NCBI GenBank assembly: GCA_964035545.1
Contig: OZ037766.1
Span: 10,220,722-10,284,721 of the forward strand
DNA: 64,000 nt
Direction of reading: 5' to 3'
DNA from: Bugula neritina
Lineage: Eukaryota; Animalia; Bryozoa
The first letter of the stretch is position 1. Each line of letters opens with the position of its first letter. Under the pieces are notes generated by a model. It saw only the letters and a program-made list of their open reading frames with translations, did no database searches and was not told the DNA's origin. A program made the position numbers and the translations under genes. Shown here one piece after another: positions 1-12,694 of this stretch.

Positions 1-416
1 GTGGAGTAAACTTGAGTCCTAAGTTCATCCATAGGCAACGGAAAAACTGGGAATCTACATAAAGTAATAAATACAACTTGCAAAAGTGTTAAAAAATTAA
101 GTTGATTCATGGGCATGTAACACTCTCTTACCATAAATTTATTCATATTTTATTAAAACTTGATCACATTTTATTTTACTATCAAATATATTTATTGCAA
201 AAATATTAAGCTTTGATGTGTGGCCAAGCATACAAAAATTTGCTCTCCAAACACAAAGACTAATAATGTATGTCTTAATATCTTAAAATAATTACCAGTT
301 ACATAGCCAGACCGAAGCCGGTCATAGTCTATAAAGAATTCTGATGGGCGAAGTCTCTTAGTAAGACAGAGAGTCCTAACTGTCTCTTCCACTTTATCTA
401 CTGCGGCCGCAACCAT
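1..416 (-). CDS. 5' part of an uncharacterised EF-hand-like protein (gene runs off the window start)
   Basis: Exon 416-296 (MVAAAVDKVEETVRTLCLTKRLRPSEFFIDYDRLRSGYVT, GT donor) splices in frame to exon 54-1 (DSQFFRCLWMNLGLKFTP, AG acceptor). F-x-D-x-D-x-x-x-S-G-Y-V-T-x-x-Q-F resembles an EF-hand loop and exit helix. Confidence 0.65.
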
Positions 417-1059
417 TATTTTGAAGGCTTTACTGAATATCTGTACTGTTTCTGCAAGCATAAAATAAAGAGATATTATTGTGCTGTAGTTATGCAAACA
501 GTTGCTGGAAGCTTCCAGAGAGTAATATGCAAGTAGTTGCTTTAAAAATTTATAAACTATAAGTAGGTAGTCAAAGTATTTTACTCCAGCCTGCTGAGCT
601 CTTTAAGAATTTGTAAAAAGTGGTTTTAAATATTGATACATGCCAGTTGCCAGCCAATGACAAAAATGTCAAATTCAAATTTAATATAATGCACATATAG
701 TACAAATAGTGTACAATAGTGAGACTTATCAGTGTCTACATTACTGACAATTGCACAGCTAAGAAAAATATTTTTTACAAATAATTAAAATAATTATATT
801 TTGTTGATCAAATAGCATTTAACTATAATAATAACTATATATAATGTATACCTAATTTATTTTTATATTTAGAATATTTATGATAAAATTATAAACATAC
901 ATTAGTTATTAGAATAATTATCAACAGTATAATTCTATTTTATAATTCATTATAACTATTGTTGTAGCTATACACTAAAAATGTTAATAATTATCATAAT
1001 ATTATTAATTGTAACCATAATCAGACTACATTACATAAATCAAAAGCTAAATGAATTTT

Positions 1060-1442
1060 CTTCACAATAGACAACATAGATTCAAAAGAGGTATGTTTTG
1101 TGAAACACAACTCTGCACCACATACCATGAGATAGCAAAGACTAAGCAAGCAACAAAAACAACACAAGCTGGAGTGTTGGATTTCAAGAAGGTCTTTATG
1201 CCCTTCTAATCCAAAAATTGAAGCTAATATCTGACATATTGGTAAACTGGATTCAAGATTTTTTGACCCATAGAAAGCAAAAAGTAGTTATCAAAAGTCT
1301 ATCTTACTCAAAACTAGAGGTAATTTCAGAAGTACCACAAGGTTCAGTCTTGAGCCCAACACTACTTTTAATATACATTAACATATTAAAATTTAACTGC
1401 AGTGTAAACCTATATGGTGATAAGTTGAGTCTCTGGAAATAA
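1060..1442 (+). mobile_element. Degenerate non-LTR (LINE; CR1/L2/Jockey-like) reverse transcriptase fragment
   Basis: Broken-frame motifs QHRFKRGMFCETQL, LDFKK, WIQDFLTHRKQKV and VPQGSVLSPTLLLIYIN match LINE RT motifs (QxGFR..SCETQL, LDFxKAFD, VPQGSVLGPxLFxxYIND); stops and frameshifts are present. Confidence 0.8.
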
Positions 1443-2168
1443 TGCAGTAAAAGGTTGTGAGATCTATTTCTAGATTAACAAAACAGAAAGTACCACATTG
1501 GCATGCTTCTAGCTTGACCTTTAGTCTTTCAAACATAAGTGCATAAATCGTTGACTAAATCTTCTCAAGAAAATTTTGCAAGAACAACACTCAGCATTTG
1601 CAATAGCAAATGATGAATTTACAAAAGATCACCAAAATGTACTCATAACCACTACGTCTGCTGCTCGATCGCGTTAAATTAACATCGATATATGCAACCT
1701 TACTATCATGGTAGTTTCTTACCAAGAACAATTAGAGATACCGGAGGGAACATAGATTAAAAAATTTACACAACATCCACTTAACCTGCAGTAAAACAAG
1801 TTTCACACTGTAAACCAAATGTAGCACCTCTATAACTGCAAGTGTTCCAAGTGTTTGACATTTTTAAAGGTATTCAAACTCAAAGGTATACTAATGCATA
1901 CTAATCATAATCATAATGATGATGAATTAAATTTAATACTGTACTTATATTACTGAAGAATTGGTGATTCGTTTTGGATGGAATGCTACGCAAAACGAAT
2001 TTATTATTTTAATTATTAGATTTTGTAATTAATAAGTTATTGTAGACTTTACAGTGTAAGTAAGATACCTTTTCTGTATAATATTATCCTTCAGACCTAT
2101 AAAATCATCAGCTCTGGTATGGTACTAGCAGCGTGACATTCAGATACGCAGTAACTTAGTGCTTGATG

Positions 2169-2181
2169 GTTGCCTAGCGAC
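2169..2181. promoter_or_regulatory. Candidate RFX X-box
   Basis: GTTGCCTAGCGAC, one mismatch from GTTGCCTAGCAAC, in the locally CpG-containing region between the divergent EF-hand-like gene and BLOC1S2. Confidence 0.45.
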
Positions 2182-3106
2182 TTGATGGTACATATAAAAC
2201 AGAAACTACAAATGTAACATTAGCATTAGATAGCAACAAAAAACGTTTGATTTTTTTTAATTAAAACAATTATGTTTTAAAATTTTAAATAAAAAAAACT
2301 ATTTAAAACTATTATATAGTTATAAAAAATTTTCTGGACGGACCAGATAAAAGTACTCAATATGTGGAGTTGTCTTTCTTTAGAATACAAACTAGTCAAC
2401 TTTTCTACGAAGTTATCTTTTCTTGCAGTAAAGACCCTATTCTGATCACCGTGATTATTATTTTTTTAACTTATCATTAATAAGAAAGGTCAAGGGCCAT
2501 TAATATTTTATTGATAATTTTTTGTGTACTAATATCATATTTATTGACTGTTTTAGTTAATTATCACGTGCAATCGATCAAATTAAAAATCATTATTATG
2601 GCAATATCAATATGAATATCAATAATAATATCAATATGGATATTATAATTTAAATTATAATATTTATAATAATTAATATTAATATAAGACAGAATGAGAA
2701 TAACATTAAATGTTAATTTAATCATTATCAATGTCAATATAAATATCAACTTGAATATGATATTATATGATGATGATAATGATATTGATAATTGACACAA
2801 TTTGAATTAGTATTACACTTACAGATATACAATTTCAATTTGGATTACTTATACTTATAGCTATACTAATAGTAGTACTAGTACTTATACTTATACTATT
2901 CGCATATGCCTATGGATATTCAATTTCATATTGATATTGAATATAGATAATCATAATGATAATGGTATTCATATTGATATACTATAAGTCACTGTAAGTA
3001 TAACTAGCTTATGTCTAATAGTACAACTACATGTAATACTAATACTAATAGTTAGTATTTATACTTATAAGTTAATGTTATATATCTTATATATAATATG
3101 CTTATA

Positions 3107-4044
3107 GGGTCATTCCGCGTCAACTCAACCAATGGCCCACGCCTTTGCGTCTCAGATTTTGTTCATATTTACACCAAATAGACCTACACATGTTCTGAGT
3201 GCTTTTCTTGAATATTTCTGGCCTGACACAAAAACTTTTTGAGAAATGACTATTTCCATGAACAAAGGTTGGGAAAAATTTTGAGGAAAATTTACGATTT
3301 TTACTTTTAGACTTTTGCCGATTTTCGTACGCATACCATTTTCCTGTGCGATTTACTTCAAGTTTGGACAATATAAGGACGTTCAAATTTATGAACCTAC
3401 AAAATACACTAAATGACGTTACAGAAAATGCTTGTTTGAAAGATTTTACTGTATTCAAACATCGGGTTACATCCTTGTGAAGTTGGGCGAATTTTCACAT
3501 TTTCTTCACTTTGGGTGTCTATATCTCGGAAAATATTATTTTCAAAATTACAAAAATTGAGGAGTATAAAGTCACCATAATCAACTGTTTATAGATAAAA
3601 ATTCATGGAAGTAAAATAAAAATTGACGCCTTTTGTGATGTGGCAAATATTCGAATTTTTTCAAAATTCATAAAAATTTGCCAATATTCAATGGCTTAGC
3701 ATATATGCACACAAAGTATTCTGCAGTATATATTATTACTAGTGCAAATTGATAGGTGTTATCAAATCACACACCAAATTTTAAGGCTCAGTCTAGAAAA
3801 ATAATGGAGATATGGACGTTTACAAATTGGTCTAAAAGTAAAAATCGCAAATTTTCTTCAAATTTTTTCCCAACCTTTGTTCATGAAAATAGTCATTTCT
3901 CAAAAAGTTTTTGTGTCAGGCCAGAAATATTCAAAAATAGTACTCAGGACATGTGTAGGTCCATTTGGTGTAAATATGAACAAAATCTGAGACGCAAAGG
4001 CGTGGGACTTTCTGAAATTTGGTTGATTTGACACGGAATGACCC
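3107..4044. mobile_element. Non-autonomous foldback DNA transposon with ~205-bp imperfect terminal inverted repeats
   Basis: Starts GGGTCATTCCG and ends CGGAATGACCC; 3107-~3312 is the reverse complement of ~3830-4044; TATA flanks both sides (3103-3106, 4045-4048). The mirror ORFs 3120-3458(-) and 3756-4031(+) are a by-product of the TIRs. Confidence 0.9.
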
Positions 4045-4229
4045 TATAGTAATAGTTATTCTTATAGTTATTCTATGAGTATGATGATAAGTTATAGTTA
4101 TACCTCATCCTCCTACTCCTAGTGAAGCTGAAAGTGAATGTGATACTGATAGTAATACTAATAGTCATAATGATAGTGTGACTGATAAGAATAGTATTTG
4201 TAAAAGTTTACAGAGCCAAGACTGATTTG

Positions 4230-4930
4230 ATAGCTCTCATAAAAAATAAATTTCATGTAATCAGGTAAGTAAACACTCGAATCAATGTAGCTATCACCCA
4301 GGTATGAAATTAATTAAAAAACAATAGCTATTTAATCATTGATGCTCTCAAAAATAAAGTCATCAACTCATTGGTCCCTTCTTTAATAATAGATGTATGT
4401 GTGCAGGGATCATTTTCTCTTGCTAAGATTAAGTTTTTGGGATGAAAAATTGTTTAAGTATAATTGTAATTGAGATAGCATGCCATCTGCCTTTCTTAAC
4501 AACTTAAAGTTAAAACCTTTGTCTCTTAGTACATCGATGTTAGCCCTTTTATATCAAATGGATGTATTTTGAGATTTTGATTAAATACCATTTGTAACTA
4601 TTCAAAACATGCAGGAGAATAGGTATCTGTGTGCACGTTTTACAGGTACCAAAGTATTGGACGTTGCTACCACTCATTTCTTTAGTTACAAACTGCAAGT
4701 TAATTATACAGGAGTAGTTTGTAGGGCTTAATTCTTAATGCCTCTGCTTCGGTTTGGTGTTTCAAGCTGTATAGTGGTTGTAAAAGGTATAATTGTACTT
4801 CTTTCACAATGTTGAAGTATGTAATTTTTGGTGATAGCGTGTTTTGGCCCTGTTACAAATTCTCTTCTGCTCCTGACTTAGCTGCAGCTTTGACAGAAAT
4901 GTTATCTAAATAAAAACTTGACACTAACAT
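4230..4930 (-). mobile_element. Highly decayed Penelope-like retroelement RT relic
   Basis: Minus-strand fragments in the expected order: DNISVKAAAKSGA (~4868-4906; cf. IIKPADKGG), FDIKGL (cf. FDVxSLFT), FNFKLLRKADGML (cf. FNxxxYxQxDGxAMG), VDDFIF (cf. YVDDIF), ISYLG (cf. LxFLD). Many frameshifts. Confidence 0.5.
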
Positions 4931-5689
4931 AAAAAGAGTTTTTGAGAGTTATCTTCCTTAAGTTATCAGTTGCATTAATTAAGTTGCAAATTGTTTCTTT
5001 CGCTGCTTCTGCTAGTTCACTACTCTGTTGACAATTGACTCGTTCAATAAAATGCTTTCCAGAATCATTAGATTGCCAGAAGTTTGTTAGCTTTTTTCAG
5101 GAGTACTCTCATCTTAGTATAATATAGTGTATGATGTTTTCGGTATCAGTCGTTTGTATAGTGAGTGATTCATAAAGTGTGGAACCCTGGAGTTCTCAGT
5201 TCTAATAATATATAGTCTCTGGGTGTTTTCAGTGTTTTTTTGCCGTCATCTATGGCATCTATAAAAATAGGTAGTACGTTTCATCCAATACTTGAATCTA
5301 GGGTACACTGTCTTGCTTTTCTCAGCAAAATATCTGTCAATATCATCATCACATATAAAACTAATGACTTTGCTAACCAATTTATTTTGCGTATACAAGT
5401 AGCCAAGAAATCTTGTTTTCTATAATTAATAGCTTGTAGAGTTAATGTTAAAATATAATCTATTTTAAACTCGCTAGGCCCATGACCTGATAATAGATTG
5501 CACAAAGAAATTTCAAATTGCAAATTTTAATTAACTAAACAATGTATTTATGATTAACGGGGAAAAGGTATAAATATGAAACATAAAATTTGAATAAAAT
5601 ATAATTAACACGAATACTAAACACATGGCTAACAAAAAGAAGAGAGAAATTAAATTTTGTAGTCATTCTTTCTTGTATATCATGTAATA

Positions 5690-6050
5690 GACAGTTGATT
5701 TGAAACTATCCTGTCCCAACGTCTACTGTTATCAAACTAGCAATCTAATTTGCTTTTTGTACCTAGGCATGTGGTAAAATCTGTACTTTCTAGCATGATG
5801 CCATTGAAAATATATGTTGTTGTGTTTTGGACTTAATTAAAGGCTAAAATTTTACTTTTACCAGTATTGAGCACTATATTTCAATTCTCAGCCTAAGCAT
5901 CAGGTCATGAAGACTTTGATGAGGAAGTTTCCATACATTTTCAACATTACTGACAGTTTGATGCAATGGGGTATCATTATTGAGGAGGTCTACAAAACAA
6001 TTATTATTGTCTGGAAAGTCATTGATAAATACCAGAAATAAAATTTGTTT
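5690..6050 (-). mobile_element. Degenerate LINE RT C-terminal fragment
   Basis: Minus strand reads FLVFINDFPD...NDTPLH...LNTGKSKIL...YIFNGIMLESTDFTTCLG, matching the LINE RT motifs FLxYINDLP/ADD, LNxxK and KYLG. Confidence 0.65.
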
Positions 6051-6705
6051 CAGAGCAAATTAAAATTTAAGTTTTAAAAATAGATAATGGTTTTAAGTAT
6101 TTTGCCTATTGGGTTTCATCCCAGATAGACGCTATTTTTTATTTTGGTACCACAATAATATATATAGCCTACCTGTATAACCGTGATATTGATTGCTAAA
6201 TAGCTAATATGCTAATAACTATAATAGCTAATATGAATTATCTGGAATAATAGTATCTGCTTATGTTGCCATTGTTTTTAATAGCTTACTTTATTCTTTC
6301 TCTATACATGTTGAGGTGTGCAACATATTTTATGTTTAATTTTAGATTTTAATCGGCTCCATCGTTTATATGATTCTATTTCACACTTTAGTGTACAATA
6401 AACTTTCACACACTGTTAATGTTAGTATCATTTAATAGAGAAGTTCAGTTATGTTTAAATGCACAATTGTATACTAGGGCATAAATACTAATTTAGTTAA
6501 GAGTAATGAATTAAGATTTTCTAAGTACGTATATAGCTCAATTTTTTCCATTATAGGCAAAAAAGTGGATTGTGCTGTGACATTATAGCAATAGGTAGTT
6601 GAATGACCTAAGGAAGTAGATAAAAGCTTTGTCCCCAAATACTCTTGTATGCATGCACCATAACATCATAAACTAACAGTATGTTTTGTTAATAGCTGTA
6701 ACCTA

Positions 6706-9700
6706 ATGGCTGACTCAACAGTATCTGAAATAAATGCTGAAAAAGATTTAACAGCTTTAACTCGAGATGCCTTTGTTAAAGTGGCCGAGTACTTAAATGG
6801 AGAGCTAGATGGTGAGTGTTTCACTAAACTACTAGGCATTCTCGACTTTTAAGAAAATGTTATACCCAACATATTTACTCTGATATTATTATTGAAGCAG
6901 AGTTGAAAATCTCGGAAAGCAAAAGACAAAAACATGTGTATCATTGTATTATATTATGCAGAAAGACATATGTCTAAAAGATAGGTATAATTTAGGTACC
7001 ATTTCACCTTCATAAGGTATTCAAAAAGAACAATTTTGCTTTCATAAAGCATATAATTGATTTTTCTGATTCGTATATATTTATGTCAAGCCTAAATTTA
7101 ACAAAGTACCCTCTAACTAATTACCTAGAATATTAGTTATTACAAAAAAATATTAGTGTAAGAGTTATGTAATAGTCGGCTAATTCATATTTTGAAGCTT
7201 ACTTGAAATCTTGTCTGACTCACTACACTTGAAAGTTATAATTGACTTGCTGCAGTTTTGAAATTTGCGCAGTCCAAAATTGTCGAATTTTCCCTTTCTA
7301 GCAAGCGACTAAATGATTTATTAAACCATATTAATTCAATAATGTTTAATGGAAGTTGTTCATTGCGTTTCAGCAAGTAATTTAGATTTTAATGCTGTTT
7401 TAATGGCTTTTGTAATAAGATGGTATTATATCAATAATCAATATTACAATAATTAATAAATTATTAATCTGAGTTTTATTTATTGAATGGTGCTGAATAT
7501 TCATTTCCAAGCTGCAAATTTATCTATTTTTATTCAAATTGCTAAACCACTTATATACCCACCAATTTTTATTAGCTGCTTGTATTTTCAATTAAGCACT
7601 TTATATTGACTTGGTAAATCTAAATTAAGTAGACTCAGTTTATTGATTGAATTGACTTGGGCTGAACCATGACTTGACACTACTTGGCTAACTTAACTTA
7701 ACTTTCTGTGACTTTCACCACTTCTGGCATGTGTGCATACTCTTGATTCAGATTGCAGGCCTGGATATTAAAAGCTTTTGTATCAATGTGATTTGCAAGA
7801 CAAATGGATACCTGATCTTTACATTCTGTAAAACCTGTTTTTACTAATTGTTCTCTTATTATGATTGTAGATTCAATTGAAGATTACACAATGTTAGAGA
7901 AGATGAACCGAGTGACCTCTTCCAAATACACCGATATTAAAGCATTAGTATCTAGTGTAAACGCATCCATGCAGGACCTAAATGCCAAATGTGTGTATTA
8001 ATTTGTATGTATTGGCTTATAAAACCCTAAATGTACACCTATTTTTTAAATTGTTACAAATAAGTTAAATAAGTTACAAACCACCTAAGTAATAACTTTG
8101 TTTTATACTTCATAATCTAAATATTTATACATAAAAAGTGTAAAACTACAGGTTATATTTTTACGTTTTCTTTCAAAAGTTTCAAAAAAGCTCATAGCTA
8201 AATATAATATGGTAGGATTAGAAATATGGTAATTAATTTAAAGCTAACAGAGACTTGCAATTTATTGAAATGCTAAGCGACTGAAGGTACTTTAAAGTAA
8301 CTGTATACTATTTTAATAGTAACGGACTAATATTCTTCAAATTGCTTTACTCAAACCACAAATTATTATCATAATACTCCATGTTAAAGTATTATATTAA
8401 TATACTTTGCAGCTACGTTCACTTCTTATCTTAGGAGATGACCACTAGCTGCTAAACATCTTATGAAAAATCTCTCACTAATTTATATGCACACGTTTAA
8501 AGCTCAAACCATTAACCTTTGATAATTCTTAAACATTGCTTCTTGGTGTACACACCTTCTTTTCTAGGCATATTGCTACTGCATTACCTCTGCATTATTA
8601 ATTATTGTTGCATTGAAATTACTACCATATTGTTATGTTGTATGTGATGACACAGTATGTTGTAACATGATGTTGCAGATGACTCCCTCCAACCCTATAT
8701 AAATCAAATAGATGATATTGAGTTGGCTGTAAACGCTTTGGAGCAATCTGCCTTCAAACTTGACGCATACTCCAAACAGCTAGGTGGGTGGGCATTCATA
8801 TGCAAATATTTTTCTGGCAAATGCTAATTTAAGTAAGATATTTCCTTCCCCCTACTCACTACAAATAAAAACACTAGAATGGAGTGACAGTGTTGTCAAG
8901 TGCTCAGCATAGTGACAGTGTTGTCAAGTGCTCAACATAGTGACAGTGATGTCAAGTGCTCAACATAGTGACAGTGTTGTCAAGTGCTCAGTATAGTAAC
9001 AGTGTAGCTAGTTACTTGAACTCTGCAATGTGTAGTTAGCCTTTTGCAAGCAATTGTTGCTTATTTTATTTTCAATCCATTTACTGTTTATAGATGGGTT
9101 GAATATTTGCTATTGAGATCATTGTAAATATATTTTTCTTATAATTTATGCATGTGGTTATATGTTATGCAATTGCAATCAATGAAAGCATCCTTTATTT
9201 GATTTACTAGAAAATATTTTATTTGTTTGTGTATTAAAAGACAATTTGATTTCTCACGCCCACCACTAAATAGGGGTGTGTGACTTGAAATGTTTTGTTG
9301 ACTGCTATTTTTGTTTTCCCTAGAGGCATTATTTTGTAGTTTTCAAAATAATGAACTTTGAAGTAGTACATAATAGGCTAAATAGCCCACACACATGCAC
9401 AAGTATATTTTAAAGTTACAGTAAAACTTAAAATAAACTGATATATTACTTTTAGTTTTGAATATTTTTATGGCAACTTTCTGCTTTATTCTATGTGTAT
9501 TTTAATAGTTTTAGTGCAACTTTTATTAAGGATTCAATACTTAATTTATTGATAGTTTTCATAAATATAATGACAGTTTTTTTCTATGCCAAGCCATATG
9601 AATAATTTCATGCTGAGAAAATCATGATTTTGACATTTTTACTTATAGCAAAGATATATTGAACTTTTGTTAGCATTTAAATCAGTGCTGGAATCACAGT

Positions 9701-9750
9701 GCTGTCTGTGTCTTGTAGAAGCCAGGTTTAAAGAGCTGGAGCGACATTGA
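6706..9750 (+). CDS. BLOC1S2: Biogenesis of lysosome-related organelles complex 1 subunit 2
   Basis: Four GT-AG exons (6706-6811, 7871-7990, 8679-8783, 9719-9750) give [55 protein letters not shown]...[42 protein letters not shown], recognisably colinear with BLOC1S2. Confidence 0.93.
8883..9005. repeat. Intronic 28-bp minisatellite, ~4.4 copies
   Basis: Unit AGTGACAGTGTTGTCAAGTGCTCARCAT at 8883, 8911, 8939, 8967 and partial at 8995. Confidence 0.95.
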
Positions 9751-12694
9751 TTGATGGCTGACTTTTCCTTGTAGCTGTGGCATCAGTTGGCGTTCTCAAT
9801 GATTGGTACATTCCCTGCGTCAGCTTTAGAATATATGTTTCTGCTAAACTATTTTAATTGGCAAAGGTTTAGCTATTGTATATATATATTATATCATTCA
9901 AACTTGCTAACTGACCTGAATTTGTTAGACATATGTAATGTCTGTTACTTTCTCTTAGATATGAATTATTGCTCCAAGCATTTCAATCAATAACTGATTA
10001 TTTATGCAACTTGCAAAAAGTTAAACCACTCTAATTTTTTAAGCTGCTATAGTGTTTTCTCACCTGTGGCGATACTATATGATTTATTTTAATTAGCTGC
10101 AAGTCTTGTGTGGTGCTATTATAATTTTGTGATATTTATTATGATATGAAATATTATAATTCAACTAACTATTTAATTAAATACAGGTTGGGAAATCCGT
10201 TTATTCTGTTTTGTTTCATTCTACAGAGATCTCTCTATAGTAATGATTGTGTTAGTTGCTATGCCCTCGCAGGAATGCAAGATAGCCAGCTGCTGAGCAA
10301 TAGAATTGCCCTTTGTGCTGTCAGGAAAGATCTGTTCAAATGTCATGTTTTGACAACCTCACTAAGGGTGGTTGTTGGTGCTGCAACTCAGTTATGGTTG
10401 CATGCAGCAGCAAACTTTGCTTGTGTTTTCAAGACTCTATTATTACAAACTGATTTACTCAGTGACATTATCGGTTTGATTTTTTACCTAAATCCTGGTT
10501 TGTAGAATTTATCCAACTGAGATAAGTTGGCAGAAGGCATATAGTTCTGTTGTTGGTACTATACCAACTCACTTTTCCGACGTCTCTAACAAAACTTGTA
10601 TCATGCAATAATAATGGCATCATTAGTATTGTTTGGTTAGCTAATAATGTATAATACATGTGCAGTGCTCTTTTTAATCCCCCTAAGAGTTGTTTCTTGT
10701 GAATAAATTATAAATACTACAATAGATTAAAAAAAGCTTTTGTAGGCAATTATACTTCAAGTCACTAAGCAGCATGGTTCTAAAAAGGTGGTACAGAAGT
10801 CATATTTGCATGGTGCTGTGAACTTTAATGGCCAGTTGTACATTGTGTCTAGAAACTTGAAATCATTACCATTAAACTACATTAATTTATAACTATGTTA
10901 ACCTATAGTACGCTGTACTTATACTTCTGCATTGCAATCATTATAGACAAAACTAGTGTATAATGGTTACAGTTGATAAGTATAAGATGCATTTATTGTT
11001 GTACAAGCTATTAGTGAATGTTGCCAAGAAATAACAATAAATTTGTGCTAATTAACTTTTGTAAGTAGCAGTACAATTTACTCCTGGAATCTATTTAGTT
11101 TACACCCAAAGAATCAGTATAGATCTAAACTATATTCCTAATTGAGTTATGAGCTGTACTAACATGAAAAATCCTGGTAATGCATGTGAGTTATTAAAAT
11201 ACAAGTGTAAAGTTTAAACTTTTGGCTAACTATCTTGCATTCAAAGTAATTGAATTATACACGAACATAGTTATAAAGTTGTCTGAACGATTTATTCTAT
11301 ACAACTGTATTATAGCTAGCACTGAAAGTTGCAGCTTCTGAAACAAATAGAATAAAACAATAAGAATTATTCTTGGTAGACAATTTAGGAACATAATCAG
11401 AAACAGCCTTGGAATAATATTTGAAAAAAAAAATCAAATTTGTTTACATCCATTGCACATAAAATTGTATAATCTCTACAATACAAGTAATGAGGTAAAT
11501 TATAAAATTGAAGCCCAAATAACATAAGTTCAACATTATTCTTCAACCTATAAGTTACAGCATTTTTGTTGATAGGCTGATTATAAAAATAGTTATTTAA
11601 AAACTCTTAATATACCTACTCCAGTATCATTAATACTTAACAAAAGTTACAATAGGGAGGTTACAAAATTTAAAAATAATTTATTCAGTAAGCAGCTATT
11701 TATCAATTACGATACAAAGCAAGTTTCGTATTGATTTATATAGTGAATGCATTTTTAACATAATTCCGGAGGGAATGCAATACCATTTTTCTAAGTTACA
11801 TGCTGAAGACAAATAATGCATGTGCTGTAAAATGTGCTCTGAGTGAACGGCAGGATGACTTTACACTTTCACCTCCCAAATTACATGCGTTTCAAGCCAT
11901 TTTCTGTAAACAAAATCTAATTTCTGAAAAAGCTTGTAGCTAATATAATAGGACCTTCATGTTTTACTTAATTCAGCATTTGTGTATCTACAGCAGATAA
12001 TTATATTTTAATGCCTTCTTCCTGCCTTTTCTAACAAATGTTGGTGTGAGTCAGTGCAGTATCGCTTGTATACAGCATATCATAAATAAGTAAGTAGCAG
12101 TTAGTTATTATCACTATTACCGTCAACTAGCTCTGTGCTTTTTAAAAGAAACCAATTAGCCTCTTGTTTTCATACAACTATCACATCGATGGATGGAAGG
12201 AAGGGACCACTTAAAAAACTACTTAAAACATAACCATTAATATTTTTAAAATACAGAAGCTCAAAATTAACAGCCCTACCTTTTCAAATTGTCCAATTAC
12301 TATGTAAACATGGATAGACAGAGGTGATAGCCATGTGATGATGGTGGTATGGTTGGTGGGGGCTAACCAAGCAATAAAGAAAGCTATACATAAAATATTA
12401 TAGAAGTAAAATATTAATCAAGACAATGCAGCAGTTGGTTTGGTAAGGTTTAACAAATTAAAAATCTGGTAAAGAAGTCATATCATCACAGTGTCTCAAT
12501 GTGTATGTACAACATGTGTATTCCACCTTCACTTTCCTCCAATCATTGTTAAACGTCTATACTTTTATACAAAGACGGAAGTTGATATATAGATGACACT
12601 TTAACGGTATTTGAAGTTTGCAGTTTTATAGTATAAAAAACAAGATTTGTCTGCAACAAATGTGTTGAATGACTATATAATTTACTAGTTGCCT

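Noticed and set aside
3120-4031. Two near-identical ORFs on opposite strands suggesting a duplicated gene
   Set aside because: Both are translations of the terminal inverted repeats of the foldback element.
8883-9005. 28-bp repeats that resemble CRISPR repeats in length
   Set aside because: Head-to-tail tandem copies with no spacers, inside a eukaryotic intron; a minisatellite.
9787-10659. ORFs downstream of BLOC1S2
   Set aside because: No motifs or splice context; probably 3' UTR or intergenic sequence.
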